A stretch of 64,000 nt of DNA from an uncultured Planctomycetales bacterium (GCA_964478715.1 CAYZIY010000005.1:19832-83831), one strand, 5' to 3'. Shown: positions 9,220 to 18,939, counted from the first letter of the stretch. The notes: generated by a model from the sequence alone, not told the origin. Translations and numbers: made by a program.

Positions 9220-10275
9220 TTGAATATGGAATGGAACAAACAAGTATTATTTTTTGACAGCAAACCGTACGATAAGCAGTATTTTAATCGGGCCAATGAA
9301 GGTTTTGGTTTTGACCTTCAGTATTTTGAGGGGCATCTGAGTGCTCAGACGAAGGATTTAGTCAAAGATCATCGGGCTATTTGCGTTTTTGTGAATGATC
9401 AGATTGACAAGAAAATGGTCGATTTCTTAAAGGAAAAAGGAGTCGGATTGGTTGCCTTGCGCAGCGCGGGCTATAATAATGTTGATCTCAAAGCCGCCTA
9501 TGAAAAGATTCATGTTGTCCGCGTGCCCGGTTATTCTCCCCATGCGGTGGCCGAACACGCCACGGGACTGATGCTTAGCTTGAATCGCAAGATTCATAAA
9601 GCATATTATCGAACGCGAGACAATAATTTCTCCATTAATGGACTGCTTGGATTTGATATGCACGGCAAGACTTTAGGCGTTGTGGGGACTGGCAAGATTG
9701 GCAAATGCCTCATTGCCATTGCCCAGGGTTTTGGGATGAACATTTTAGCTTATGATAAGAAAGAAAATGAAGAGTTTGCGGCAAAGCAAAATATCTCTTA
9801 CGTGGATTTGCCAGACCTGTTAAAGCAATCTGATATTGTTTCTTTGCATTGTCCCTTAAACCAAGAAACCTATCACCTGATCGATGAAGAGAAAATCTCT
9901 CAGATGAAAAAGGGAGTCATTCTGATCAACACAGGACGGGGCAAATTAATCAAGACCGAAGCTTTGATCCAGGGCTTGAAAAGCGGTCAGATCGGTTCGG
10001 CTGGGTTGGACGTTTATGAAGAAGAAAGTGAATATTTCTTTGAAGATTTTTCTAACAGCATGATTAGAGATGATCTATTGGCCCGTCTATTGACTTTTCC
10101 CAATGTGCTTGTTACCAGTCATCAGGGATTTTTTACCCGGGAAGCGCTTCAAAATATTGCCTATACGACACTTGGGAATATCAAAGAATATTTCCAGGGA
10201 GGTTATTTAAGAAACGAGATATGCTATCGGTGCGATAAGCCCTGCAAAAAGAAGAACAAAGAGCGTTGTTTTTAA
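9220..10275 (+). CDS. D-isomer-specific 2-hydroxyacid dehydrogenase (D-lactate dehydrogenase-like)
   Basis: NAD-binding LGVVGTGKIGKCLIAIAQGFGMNILAYD, with catalytic Arg/Glu/His positions conserved. Cys-rich C-terminal tail CYRCDKPCKKK. Confidence 0.75.
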   Translation: MNMEWNKQVLFFDSKPYDKQYFNRANEGFGFDLQYFEGHLSAQTKDLVKDHRAICVFVNDQIDKKMVDFLKEKGVGLVALRSAGYNNVDLKAAYEKIHVVRVPGYSPHAVAEHATGLMLSLNRKIHKAYYRTRDNNFSINGLLGFDMHGKTLGVVGTGKIGKCLIAIAQGFGMNILAYDKKENEEFAAKQNISYVDLPDLLKQSDIVSLHCPLNQETYHLIDEEKISQMKKGVILINTGRGKLIKTEALIQGLKSGQIGSAGLDVYEEESEYFFEDFSNSMIRDDLLARLLTFPNVLVTSHQGFFTREALQNIAYTTLGNIKEYFQGGYLRNEICYRCDKPCKKKNKERCF

Positions 10276-10337
10276 AAAGGCTTTTATTGTTTTTTTATAT
10301 GTGTTACAATTCTTACTCGTCGTGAAAGGAGATTTGG

Positions 10338-10514
10338 TTGACGGAATCTCGCAAAAAGATTTCCCAAAAGAAGTTAAAGGAATTCGTGAAAGAGGAATTT
10401 CTGCTTGAAGAATTTCTCCACAAGGCCCGGAAACGTTATCAAGAAATGGGAAAGCCAAAGAAAGATCCCGCGGGTCAATGGGTTCAATCCCAAGAACAAA
10501 TGAAGAAAAAATAA
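10338..10514 (+). CDS. small hypothetical Lys-rich protein (TTG start)
   Basis: SD AAGGAG 7 nt upstream of TTG. The 58-codon frame is not in the supplied ORF track. No homology recognised. Confidence 0.25.
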   Translation: MTESRKKISQKKLKEFVKEEFLLEEFLHKARKRYQEMGKPKKDPAGQWVQSQEQMKKK

Positions 10515-10582
10515 AGAAGCGGGTTGATGGCTCGCTTAAGAGGAAACATAAAAGAAAAAGATGAGATGGGAAAGGATGATTT

Positions 10583-10798
10583 TTGATGATTGAAGTTGGG
10601 GTGATTTCGGCGAAAATTTTATCATTACTTGAAAAAAGTAAGAAACCCAAGAGCATTGGGGATCTTCGCGCGGCCTCCAAAGAATCAAAAGAAAACACCT
10701 GCATGGCGATCGGCTGGCTGGTGCGGGGCGGCCTGGCGAAAGTGAGTTATGAAAAGGAGAAATACGTAGTGACATTGATTCTAAAAGGAAGCATTTGA
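10583..10798 (+). CDS. hypothetical small protein (possible winged-helix)
   Basis: 71 aa; the SIGDLRAASKESKENTCMAIGWLVRGGL pattern resembles small winged-helix DNA-binding proteins. Confidence 0.3.
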   Translation: MMIEVGVISAKILSLLEKSKKPKSIGDLRAASKESKENTCMAIGWLVRGGLAKVSYEKEKYVVTLILKGSI

Positions 10799-10805
10799 GG
10801 GGGTT

Positions 10806-11927
10806 TTGATGTACAAGATTTTACTGATGACTTTTGAATATCCGACGGGAAGAAAATATTGCGGGGGTGTGGGGCAAATCGTTAAACAGTGTCGTGATGC
10901 CCTGGCGGGATTAAACAATGACGTGTATGTTTTGATAAGTCCTGCATTTCGCAAGAAACGTCCCCTGAGAGTCTTGATGCCGGATAATACGATCAAGAAG
11001 TATGAGTCTTTTTATTCCTTTCAGAAAGAGCATTCTCTGGCGGATTTTGATATGATTATTCAGCATTTTGTTAATTGGACCCAGGCGTTGATGAAACTCA
11101 AAAAGCGCAGAGGGAAACGGCCAAAAATTATCTACCATTTCCATAGTATTTTACGAAGGGAGAGAGATGCTGGATTTAAGACATTCAACAGATTCTTGCT
11201 TAATCAAGAAAAAATGATCGAGATGGCCGATCAAATTATCTGTCCGTCTAATTATGAATATGAAAATTTTAACCGGTATTTTCCTTATTTCTCGGAGAAA
11301 GTACAGGTGATCGAGAACACAATTGAAACCTTCCCTCCCCAGGCAAAGATCATTGAGGAGCTCAGGAAAAAATACAGGATAAAGAAAAACGATATTGTTT
11401 CTATTTACGTGGGACGGCTGGAGCGGATCAAGGGGGCGCACATTCTTATCAATGAACTTCCCCAGATTCTTAAGAAGCGAAAAAATAAAAAGATTTTCAT
11501 CGTGGGGAAGTCTGCCGAGAAGGGACTTCATAGAAAATTGCGTAAGCTGTTGAAGGAATATCCCAAGCGTATTTTCTATATAAAATATTTGAAAAAAAAC
11601 ATTCTTTATCAGCTTTATTATTTGAGTGATATTTATATCAATACATCATTGAGCGAATCCTTTTCTCTAAGTACGCATGAGAGCGCTTATTGCGGCAATG
11701 TCCTTTTATTAAACCGTATTCCTGTTTTTGATAAATTTGAGAATGAGGCTCTCTTTTTCTCGGGTCATGAGAGCAATGGAGAGAGCTTTGCGCATCAGTA
11801 TGAGGGCCTGATGCAAAGCAAGCATTTAAGAAACAGGCTTTCCAGAAAATCGCGTAATGTCGCCAGGAAGTTTGTGGCCAAGGACCGTCTGAAGAGGGAA
11901 TTTCGTAAACTGCTTAAAGCAGGATAG
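10806..11927 (+). CDS. glycosyltransferase (GT-B, GT4-like)
   Basis: C-terminal sugar-donor domain with YVGRLERIKG...IFIVGKS and EX7E-like STHESAYCGNVLL. N-terminal acceptor domain. Confidence 0.55.
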   Translation: MMYKILLMTFEYPTGRKYCGGVGQIVKQCRDALAGLNNDVYVLISPAFRKKRPLRVLMPDNTIKKYESFYSFQKEHSLADFDMIIQHFVNWTQALMKLKKRRGKRPKIIYHFHSILRRERDAGFKTFNRFLLNQEKMIEMADQIICPSNYEYENFNRYFPYFSEKVQVIENTIETFPPQAKIIEELRKKYRIKKNDIVSIYVGRLERIKGAHILINELPQILKKRKNKKIFIVGKSAEKGLHRKLRKLLKEYPKRIFYIKYLKKNILYQLYYLSDIYINTSLSESFSLSTHESAYCGNVLLLNRIPVFDKFENEALFFSGHESNGESFAHQYEGLMQSKHLRNRLSRKSRNVARKFVAKDRLKREFRKLLKAG

Positions 11928-11937
11928 CCGAAGGTGA

Positions 11938-12273
11938 TTGATGGCCAATGCTCAGAAAAAAGACAAACAGGTGACGATCACCCAATATAAATGGGCCGGT
12001 CGCAGAGGTCCTTTTAAGATCAAATCCCAGTGCGATGAATGTAATTTGGTGACCCACACGCTTAAGGTGATGATGGATCAGGAATTTAAAGAGAAGAATG
12101 TGAAGCTTGAAATTCTTCCCTGGCTGGATAATGCTTTTTATTGTCTGGCCAGAGGTGCCTGGCACCCGCCGATTATTATGATCAACGGAAAAAAGTTCTT
12201 TCAGTTCAGCAAAAGAAAACCGATGTTTGATCGCGCCAAACTTGTTTCCGAAGTCGAAAAAGTCCTATCGTAA
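11938..12273 (+). CDS. hypothetical CxxC protein (possible thioredoxin-fold)
   Basis: 111 aa with CDEC motif after a beta-strand-like segment. No further support. Confidence 0.3.
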   Translation: MMANAQKKDKQVTITQYKWAGRRGPFKIKSQCDECNLVTHTLKVMMDQEFKEKNVKLEILPWLDNAFYCLARGAWHPPIIMINGKKFFQFSKRKPMFDRAKLVSEVEKVLS

Positions 12274-12363
12274 TTCTTCTATTTTCCAATTGTTATAAAA
12301 GAATAATAAATTTGTCATTAGTTTATTATCCATGTATACTTATGACAAAAAAAGGAGCAGTGA

Positions 12364-13284
12364 GTGATGAGAAAAATACTGTTTTTGGTTTGCGTCTTAT
12401 TGATTTTTGTTTCACCGAAGGCTTTTAGTCAGGAAATCTATCTCGAGGAGAAAGTTATTTCTGCGACAGAAGAAATTATCGCAGATACCGGACGCCCGAC
12501 AAGCGGAGGCGGTCCCATTCCCATGGGAACACTGTTGAATTACAATCAATGGCTAGCTGCCCAGTTTACAACGGAACAGGATTATACGATTACAACGATA
12601 CAAGGTTTTATTGCCAAGAGTCAGGGCGAAACCCTGCATGTTGTGATTTATGGTGACGGGGGAAATATTCCAAATGTGAATCAGGAGATCCACTCTCAGC
12701 AGATTGTTCTCCAAGGGCAAGGGGAGCTAAGGGATTGGTACGGGACTTCTGATCTAGACTGGAATCTTGCTGCCGGGACATATTGGGTGGCTTATGAAAT
12801 CAGAGAAGGCGACACTTATTACGGAGGTATGTATTATGATGCTCCCAATCCACTACCTAAAGAGGCTAGCGTACATTGGGAATATAGCGACGGTTATAGC
12901 GGAGACGGCAGTTCGGGCGGACATGGCTGGAGAATTAAAGGTGTTCCTGTGGCCGACAATGAGCCGCCCGTTGCTCATGCGGGTATAGATATTATCTGTT
13001 CGGCTAATGCCTTGGTCAAGCTTGATGGCAGTCAATCTTGTGATCCCGATGGAGAGATTGTTATTTATCAATGGACGCGTTTGCCCGATCAAAAGCTTAT
13101 CTGTCGCAGTGAACATCCGCGATGTTCTGTTAGAGCTTTGGGAAGGGCTGAGGAAGTGATTCAGTTGAGAGTCATCGACAATGGCGGAAACGCGGATACC
13201 GATAAAATGACGATTATTAACCGGCGAGTCAGGCAGGCCAATTCAATTGAGCCGCTTATCGAGCAAGTCGGATCCGTAAGATAA
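12364..13284 (+). CDS. secreted protein with C-terminal PKD-like domain
   Basis: Signal peptide MMRKILFLVCVLLIFVSPKAFSQ. G/Y/W-rich beta region. C-terminal AHAGIDIICSANALVKLDGSQSCDPDGEIVIYQWTRL is PKD-like. Confidence 0.5.
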   Translation: MMRKILFLVCVLLIFVSPKAFSQEIYLEEKVISATEEIIADTGRPTSGGGPIPMGTLLNYNQWLAAQFTTEQDYTITTIQGFIAKSQGETLHVVIYGDGGNIPNVNQEIHSQQIVLQGQGELRDWYGTSDLDWNLAAGTYWVAYEIREGDTYYGGMYYDAPNPLPKEASVHWEYSDGYSGDGSSGGHGWRIKGVPVADNEPPVAHAGIDIICSANALVKLDGSQSCDPDGEIVIYQWTRLPDQKLICRSEHPRCSVRALGRAEEVIQLRVIDNGGNADTDKMTIINRRVRQANSIEPLIEQVGSVR

Positions 13285-13361
13285 AGGAGATTGCCACTTG
13301 GTTATTTTTAGATAGAGATCAAGTTTCGTTGTTGTCTAAAAACGCTTCATAAATATAAATA

Positions 13362-13391
13362 TTGACAAACCTAGGAAAATAGGACATACTT
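13362..13391 (+). promoter_or_regulatory. candidate sigma70-type promoter for cspA (TTGACA -35, weak -10)
   Basis: TTGACA at 13362-13367; A/T-rich CATACT/TACTTA 17-19 nt downstream. Position fits a ~110-nt csp leader. Confidence 0.3.
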
Positions 13392-13428
13392 AAAATAGTT
13401 TAAGGACGCAAGGTTTAGAAGACGACTG

Positions 13429-13467
13429 AAACCGCAAGGTTAAAGCAGATCGGCCTTGCGGTTTTTG
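13429..13467 (+). promoter_or_regulatory. stem-loop in cspA 5' leader (possible attenuator/thermosensor element)
   Basis: AAACCGCAAGG...CCTTGCGGTTT is an 11-bp perfect stem with a 14-nt loop, followed by TTTTTG. It lies between the candidate promoter and the GTG start. Confidence 0.4.
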
Positions 13468-13496
13468 TATAACCACTCAATCAAGGAGGACAAAAA

Positions 13497-13697
13497 GTGG
13501 TTAAAGGTACAGTAAAATGGTTTAGCAACCAAAAAGGCTATGGTTTTATCGCCGCCGAAACAGGAAAAGATGTTTTTGTGCATCATTCTGAAATTCAGGG
13601 CGATGGCTATAAGACCTTAGACGAAGGGCAGTCCGTTGAGTTTGAGATTACGGATGGTCCTAAAGGGGAGCAGGCCAAAAACGTCGTAAAAATGTAA
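13497..13697 (+). CDS. cspA: cold-shock protein (CspA family, S1-like OB fold)
   Basis: [34 protein letters not shown] carries the RNP1/RNP2 motifs. GTG start with SD AAGGAGG. Confidence 0.95.
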   Translation: MVKGTVKWFSNQKGYGFIAAETGKDVFVHHSEIQGDGYKTLDEGQSVEFEITDGPKGEQAKNVVKM

Positions 13698-13713
13698 TTT
13701 GGTTTTTACGTGA

Positions 13714-13757
13714 GGGGCATTTTTTGAGAAATCAAAAAATGCCCCGATTGTTTTCTG
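13714..13757 (+). terminator. rho-independent terminator 1 downstream of cspA
   Basis: GGGGCATTTTTT...AAAAAATGCCCC 12-bp stem followed by a T-rich tail. Confidence 0.6.
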
Positions 13758-13792
13758 GGGGCCAATGCTTTTGCATTGGCCCCCTTGTTTAT
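13757..13792 (+). terminator. rho-independent terminator 2 (tandem)
   Basis: GGGGGCCAATGC-TTTT-GCATTGGCCCCC perfect 12-bp stem followed by TTGTTTAT. Confidence 0.6.
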
Positions 13793-13960
13793 AAACCCGA
13801 AGGGTACAACACTACGGCTTTAGCCGTGGGTATTTATTAAGAAAACGCTTTCCCAATTTAGGCAGAAACATCATTTCCCGCCTTGTTGACATCTTTAATC
13901 GTGGCATACTTTTAATAACTAGTAATAAGAAGCCGATCAATTGAGATAGGCGGGAATATC

Positions 13961-14332
13961 ATGCGCAAGCTTCTTTTCAAAAATACAAAATCTTTGAATA
14001 AAAAACGCTCTGAGCTTTTTTTTGCCGAACATGTTCAGCGTGGCACAATCACTCAGGATATCGAGAAGAGAACGGTATATCGGATTAAAGAAATTCTGGA
14101 ATTTACCGATTCCCTAGATCTGGCTCTCTTTTTGGATGCCAAAAAGGATGATACGAAACCACAAACTTTTATTATTAATTCCCTCAATACAAAGAAGCTA
14201 GTTAAAACATATACTTATAAAGTAATTGGCGAACAGTTGGTTGTAATAAACGACAAAGTAATTATTCTCAAAGTGACCTATTGTTATAAGCGGACAATTA
14301 TTGACCGTAGTTCTCATTTCTCCTACCATTAA
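13961..14332 (+). CDS. hypothetical protein in AT-rich spacer
   Basis: 123-aa ORF with no recognisable domain. The region is AT-rich and sits between the cspA terminators and gspF. Coding status is uncertain. Confidence 0.25.
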   Translation: MRKLLFKNTKSLNKKRSELFFAEHVQRGTITQDIEKRTVYRIKEILEFTDSLDLALFLDAKKDDTKPQTFIINSLNTKKLVKTYTYKVIGEQLVVINDKVIILKVTYCYKRTIIDRSSHFSYH

Positions 14333-14444
14333 TTATCTTTAATAATATTTTTTAAAAAATGTTCTATCTTATTATCAAATAAGACTTTATCCAAAATGCT
14401 TTCAACTTGCATCTACCTGTGGCCTATGTTAGAATCAATCACTG

Positions 14445-15674
14445 ATGACGAAATTTTTCTACAGGGCTAAACAGGGCCCCAATGATGTTGCAGAAGGAAC
14501 GATCGAGGCCGATAATCTTGATAATGCAGTCCAAAGCGTGATCGAGCTGGGCTTAACACCGATCGATGTTTATGTCGCAACCAAAAGAGAAGAGCTCCTG
14601 GTAAAAAAATCCAGGATTTTTTCTTTTTCTTTTCCTAGACGAATTAATCCCGCAGATCGGACTATTTTCACAAGGCAGTTAAGTGATTTGATTGAAGCTG
14701 GAGTTCCTTTACTGCAGGCACTCAATATTGCCGTTAAGCAGATGCCCCACGCTCTGTTGAGGCAGATTATCGAAAAGGTTAGGGATGCCGTGCGTGACGG
14801 CAGCACGCTTTCCGATGCATTGGCATTTTATCCCGCGCTCTTTCCCAGGCTTTATACCAGCATGATCCATTCCGGGGAGATTAGTGGAAACCTGGGTCTG
14901 ATTTTAAGCCGTTTAGCCGAATTTTCTGAACGGGACGAAGAGGTCCGCTCAAAAGTTAAATCGAGCCTGATTTATCCAAGTTTAATTTTAATTGTGGGGG
15001 CTGTCACTATCTTTGTTCTTTTATCTTTTGTGATTCCACGCTTGACGGTGATGTTCGATGATTTATCTCAAGATCTGCCTCTGATTACGGTTATTCTTGT
15101 TGCTGCTAGCCGTTTCTTGGAGAGATTTTGGTGGCTTATTATTCTCTTTTTGGTTGGTGGTTTGCTTTATCTAAAAAAAGTGTTCTCGACCTCCGAAGGA
15201 AAGTTTTGGTTGGATTCCAGGAAACTCCGCCTTCCTGTTTTGGGGCGGTTCATTGCAGATGTTGAGCTGGGGCGTTTTGCCCGTACGCTGGGAACGCTTC
15301 TAGATAGTGGTGTCGTAATCGTCACGGCTCTGGAAACCGTTTGCGGACTTTTAGATAATGAAGTATTCAGAAATGAAATCAGAAAAGTCCATGAGGAAGT
15401 GGGGCAGGGCACTTCGCTGAGCCGGGCTTTAGAAAATTGTCCCCATTTTCCGGAAGATGCGCTGCATATGATTGTCGTGGGAGAAGAATCGGGCCGCTTG
15501 GAGCAGTCTTTGTATAAGTTGGCCGATACCTACGAGAGACGCTCGGATAGATCTGTCAAGGCGGTGACCAGTCTTTTGGAACCGCTATTGATTGTATTCG
15601 TGGGATCTGTTGTGGGCTTTATTGTTATCGCCATGTTGCTGCCGATCTTTAAGATGAATTTGATAATCCAATAA
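14445..15674 (+). CDS. gspF: type II secretion/type IV pilus platform protein GspF/PilC family
   Basis: Duplicated T2SSF domains. N-terminal FFYRAKQGPNDVAEGTIEA. Three TM segments. C-terminal LLEPLLIVFVGSVVGFIVIAMLLPIFKM. Confidence 0.9.
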   Translation: MTKFFYRAKQGPNDVAEGTIEADNLDNAVQSVIELGLTPIDVYVATKREELLVKKSRIFSFSFPRRINPADRTIFTRQLSDLIEAGVPLLQALNIAVKQMPHALLRQIIEKVRDAVRDGSTLSDALAFYPALFPRLYTSMIHSGEISGNLGLILSRLAEFSERDEEVRSKVKSSLIYPSLILIVGAVTIFVLLSFVIPRLTVMFDDLSQDLPLITVILVAASRFLERFWWLIILFLVGGLLYLKKVFSTSEGKFWLDSRKLRLPVLGRFIADVELGRFARTLGTLLDSGVVIVTALETVCGLLDNEVFRNEIRKVHEEVGQGTSLSRALENCPHFPEDALHMIVVGEESGRLEQSLYKLADTYERRSDRSVKAVTSLLEPLLIVFVGSVVGFIVIAMLLPIFKMNLIIQ

Positions 15675-15693
15675 CAAGCAATACGGAGGAGTT

Positions 15694-16143
15694 ATGATGA
15701 TAAAAGAAAAAAGTGGTTTTACTTTGGTAGAAATTATGCTGGTTGTCATAATTATCGGAATTTTAGCCACGATGGCTGTCACGAATCTGGCCGGCAGAGG
15801 TGAGCAGGCCCGGGAGGCAGCCGCAAGGGCCGATATTGAAGTCACTCTGGCTACAGCTCTGGATCTTTATGAGTTGGATAACGGCCGGTATCCCACAACC
15901 GAACAAGGATTAAGGGCTCTGATCGTTGAGCCGTCCTCAACACCTGTTCCCCGCAACTGGAGTGGTCCCTATTTGAAAAAACAACGAATTCCCAAAGATC
16001 CTTGGGGCAATGAGTATGTTTATGTCAGTCCCGGTATCCATAACGCAGAGGAGTATGATTTGTCGTCCTATGGTTCGGATCAGGTCGAAGGCGGGGATGA
16101 CGATATTGTTAATTGGGCCCAGGAAGAATTCGATTTAAATTGA
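15694..16143 (+). CDS. gspG: major pseudopilin GspG
   Basis: Prepilin leader and cleavage motif KSGFTLVEIMLVVIIIGILA. GspG signature ARADIEVTLATALDLYELDNGRYPTTEQGLRAL...PKDPWGNEY. Confidence 0.9.
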   Translation: MMIKEKSGFTLVEIMLVVIIIGILATMAVTNLAGRGEQAREAAARADIEVTLATALDLYELDNGRYPTTEQGLRALIVEPSSTPVPRNWSGPYLKKQRIPKDPWGNEYVYVSPGIHNAEEYDLSSYGSDQVEGGDDDIVNWAQEEFDLN

Positions 16144-16664
16144 AGTCCTTTTTCTCTTTCTTTACCCCCTATTCATGTCTTTTTAAACAAAAGCGATCCT
16201 TCACGCTAGTGGAGCTTCTCCTTGTGGTTATTATTCTGGGGATCATAGCCGGTATTGCTGTTCCCAGCTTCGGTCCCGCGATGGCTCATTTGGAACTGAA
16301 GGAAACGACCAATAATATAGCTTATTTGATGCGTTATGCGCAATCCAAGGCCGTTGTTCAAAACACGGTTTATTCGATCATCATCGATCGGGGTCAGAAA
16401 AAATATTGGCTGGCGCGTGCTGATGATGACGCCGATGAGAATGATACGCAATCTTTTAAAAAGATCACAGGTCGTCTCGGGCGGATATTCGGTATTCCCG
16501 ATCATATAGAGATTGAAATGCCCAAGGAGTTTGTTCTTTTTTATCCGGAGGGTCGCATAGAGAAATTAAAAATATTTTTAACCAATCGAGGGAATCAGAC
16601 ATATACCATTGCTACAGATCAACAGATCAATCGGATTCTGGTTTTCGATCTGCGTCTTGACTAA
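16113..16664 (+). CDS. gspH: minor pseudopilin, GspH-like (start codon uncertain)
   Basis: Prepilin-like KRSFTLVELLLVVIILGIIAGIAV. The in-frame ATG at 16113 gives an implausibly long leader and overlaps gspG. No canonical start lies close to the FTLVEL motif. Confidence 0.6.
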   Translation: MGPGRIRFKLKSFFSFFTPYSCLFKQKRSFTLVELLLVVIILGIIAGIAVPSFGPAMAHLELKETTNNIAYLMRYAQSKAVVQNTVYSIIIDRGQKKYWLARADDDADENDTQSFKKITGRLGRIFGIPDHIEIEMPKEFVLFYPEGRIEKLKIFLTNRGNQTYTIATDQQINRILVFDLRLD

Positions 16665-16678
16665 AGGAGATTGCGCTT

Positions 16679-17092
16679 TTGAAAAACCGACAAGCGATTT
16701 CAAAAATGAGGGCTTCGATTCTGATCGAGGTTTTGCTTACGATTACGATTTTGGCTGTCGGTCTGACTATGGTCATCCGCTCGTATGTCGCTGCTCTTAG
16801 AGCGCGCAGCTATTCAACTGATTATGAACAAGCTGTGATCTTAGCTGAAAATAAACTACAGGAATATATTCACAAAGGCTTAATTGAATCGGGGTTAGAT
16901 GAGAGGGGATTTTTCCCCTCGCCCAATAGCCAATTTGAATATCGCCTTGAAAGTCGGGAAGTCGCCTCAAAAGAAGAACCCTTGGGATCTTTAGCCCTTG
17001 TGACCTGTGAAATATTATGGAGAAAAGGAAGACGTGATAATAATATTTCAGTATCGACCTATCTATTTCGCGCCCAGAAAGATGAAGAATAG
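16679..17092 (+). CDS. gspI: minor pseudopilin, GspI-like with degenerate prepilin motif
   Basis: The hydrophobic N-terminal helix SILIEVLLTITILAVGL resembles a class III signal, but there is no Gly-Phe cleavage dipeptide. Size and position match gspI. Confidence 0.5.
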   Translation: MKNRQAISKMRASILIEVLLTITILAVGLTMVIRSYVAALRARSYSTDYEQAVILAENKLQEYIHKGLIESGLDERGFFPSPNSQFEYRLESREVASKEEPLGSLALVTCEILWRKGRRDNNISVSTYLFRAQKDEE

Positions 17093-17819
17093 AAGGAGTC
17101 AAGTCGCCTTTACATTAGTTGAGCTTCTCTTGGCTTTAACGATTTTTTCTTTGATCTCTCTGAGCCTTTATGCGACTTTTTCTTCGGGGCTTCGCTTGTC
17201 AAAACGAGCTCAGGAAGATCATCATGTTTATCAGGACATCCATTGGTCTGTGGATATTCTCAGTCGCGATTTGCAAAATGCCGTTTTTTTTGATGTCTCG
17301 AATCTTGAAGGCGTAGAGCTGTCGTTTGAAGGAGGGCCGGATACAGTCGCTTTTCTGACCCAGACAGAAGACGGACTTAAATATGTTCGATATTATTTAA
17401 AGCCTCTGGAGACAACCCATATTCACGAGGTGGTCGTGGGAGAACATCACAAGAAACTTGATGAGATTGTCACTTTTTACGAAGAGGAGATGAACCAGCT
17501 ATGTTTTGTTCGCGAGCAAAAATCTCTTACGGATTGGATGACCTCCGGCTCTGAAGAGCAAGTTGAGGATATTATAAGCTTTGCCATGTCGGAAAACGGA
17601 CTTCGTTTTTCCTTTCCTTTTGCCGAGTTAGACCAGAGTCTGGAAACGCAAGAGACAAAAGTGATCTGGAAGGATTCTTGGGCACTCAATTATCTTCCCA
17701 GCGCCATTGAAGTAAGCCTAAGTTTTTTATATCCCGACAAAGAGCAAGAGCCCGTCAGGATTAAACGAAAGATCATTATTCCCACCGGGTATGTGGGAAT
17801 TGAGGAAGCAGTGAAATGA
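17082..17819 (+). CDS. gspJ: minor pseudopilin, GspJ-like
   Basis: MKNRRSQVAFTLVELLLALTIFSLISL prepilin leader. The ATG at 17082 overlaps the gspI stop. The supplied ORF start at 17007 is probably too far 5'. Confidence 0.65.
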   Translation: MKNRRSQVAFTLVELLLALTIFSLISLSLYATFSSGLRLSKRAQEDHHVYQDIHWSVDILSRDLQNAVFFDVSNLEGVELSFEGGPDTVAFLTQTEDGLKYVRYYLKPLETTHIHEVVVGEHHKKLDEIVTFYEEEMNQLCFVREQKSLTDWMTSGSEEQVEDIISFAMSENGLRFSFPFAELDQSLETQETKVIWKDSWALNYLPSAIEVSLSFLYPDKEQEPVRIKRKIIIPTGYVGIEEAVK

Positions 17820-18937
17820 AGGATTTTCATTTCAACGAGAATTGTCAACAACGAAGAAATCATCTCTTGCGTCTTTTTCCCATGAACAATTCTGGTATAA
17901 TACTGATAGTTGTCTTATGGTTTTTGATTATTCTAACTGTCATGGCCGTCGGCCTGGGCAGGCGCACGAGCATTGATCTGGCTATGACGAAGCATTCGAT
18001 TGGAAAACTCAAAGCCTATTATGCGGCTTTTGGTGGATTGATTTATGCGGTGGATTTTATCAAACGGGATGCCGAAGATCAGGAAACCAGGAATTTTGAT
18101 ACACTCTATCTCATGGGGCTTAAGCTCGAAGAGGGGGATAAAAAAGAAGAACTTTTTCAGGATATTGAGCTTGGGGAAGGAGTTTTCAGTATTTATTTTG
18201 AAGAAAACCAGAATGGGGAGACCATCCGCCATTACGGTTTTCATGACGAAGAAAGTAAAATCAATCTTAATGGGATCAAAAAGCAAAATATCGGGGCTTT
18301 GGTCGAGCTGATTAAACTTTTTGATGTCGAGGAAGAAAGGGCTCTGGCAATCGCTTATTCGGTTATTGACTGGCAAGATAAGGACGAGCAACTTTCCGAT
18401 GAAATCTATGGCGCTGAAGGGGATTATTATTCAGGCAGCATTCCTACTTATTCATGCAAGAATAAGCCATTTGATACCGTGGATGAGCTGAAACTCGTTC
18501 GCGGAGTTACAGAAGATTTGTTTGAAAATATAAAGGAGTATTTAACAGTTTATCCGAAAAACGCCACCAATTTGAAAGTCAATTATGATTCCGCTTCAGA
18601 GACCGTCTTGAAGGCATTGATGCGTTCGATGGCGGGCCAGAGGTCTAATACCGAGATCGCTGATGCCGATAGTCTTGTTGAGAAAATGCTGACTTACCGC
18701 AGAGGGGATGATGGCATTCAGGCCACAGAGGATGACGAGCGAATTGAGATTGGTCAGATGCAGCTTAATGCCAAAGAGCGAACTGTTTTCTTAACGTCCC
18801 AAAGTTATGTGACTAAGAAGTCTCGATTTCTGCATTTACTAGTCTCGGGAATTGATCACTCAAGCGGTGCGGAAAGTATTCTGGAGGCTGTTGTCGATAG
18901 AGAAAATTATGCTTTTGTAGAATTTTACCGGCATTAA
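17816..18937 (+). CDS. gspK: GspK-like minor pseudopilin (true start possibly ATG at 17882)
   Basis: N-terminal hydrophobic helix GIILIVVLWFLIILTVMAV. C-terminal helix-hairpin-helix FDTVDELKLVRGVTEDLFENIKEYLTVY is characteristic of GspK. Confidence 0.65.
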   Translation: MKDFHFNENCQQRRNHLLRLFPMNNSGIILIVVLWFLIILTVMAVGLGRRTSIDLAMTKHSIGKLKAYYAAFGGLIYAVDFIKRDAEDQETRNFDTLYLMGLKLEEGDKKEELFQDIELGEGVFSIYFEENQNGETIRHYGFHDEESKINLNGIKKQNIGALVELIKLFDVEEERALAIAYSVIDWQDKDEQLSDEIYGAEGDYYSGSIPTYSCKNKPFDTVDELKLVRGVTEDLFENIKEYLTVYPKNATNLKVNYDSASETVLKALMRSMAGQRSNTEIADADSLVEKMLTYRRGDDGIQATEDDERIEIGQMQLNAKERTVFLTSQSYVTKKSRFLHLLVSGIDHSSGAESILEAVVDRENYAFVEFYRH

Positions 18938-18939
18938 AG

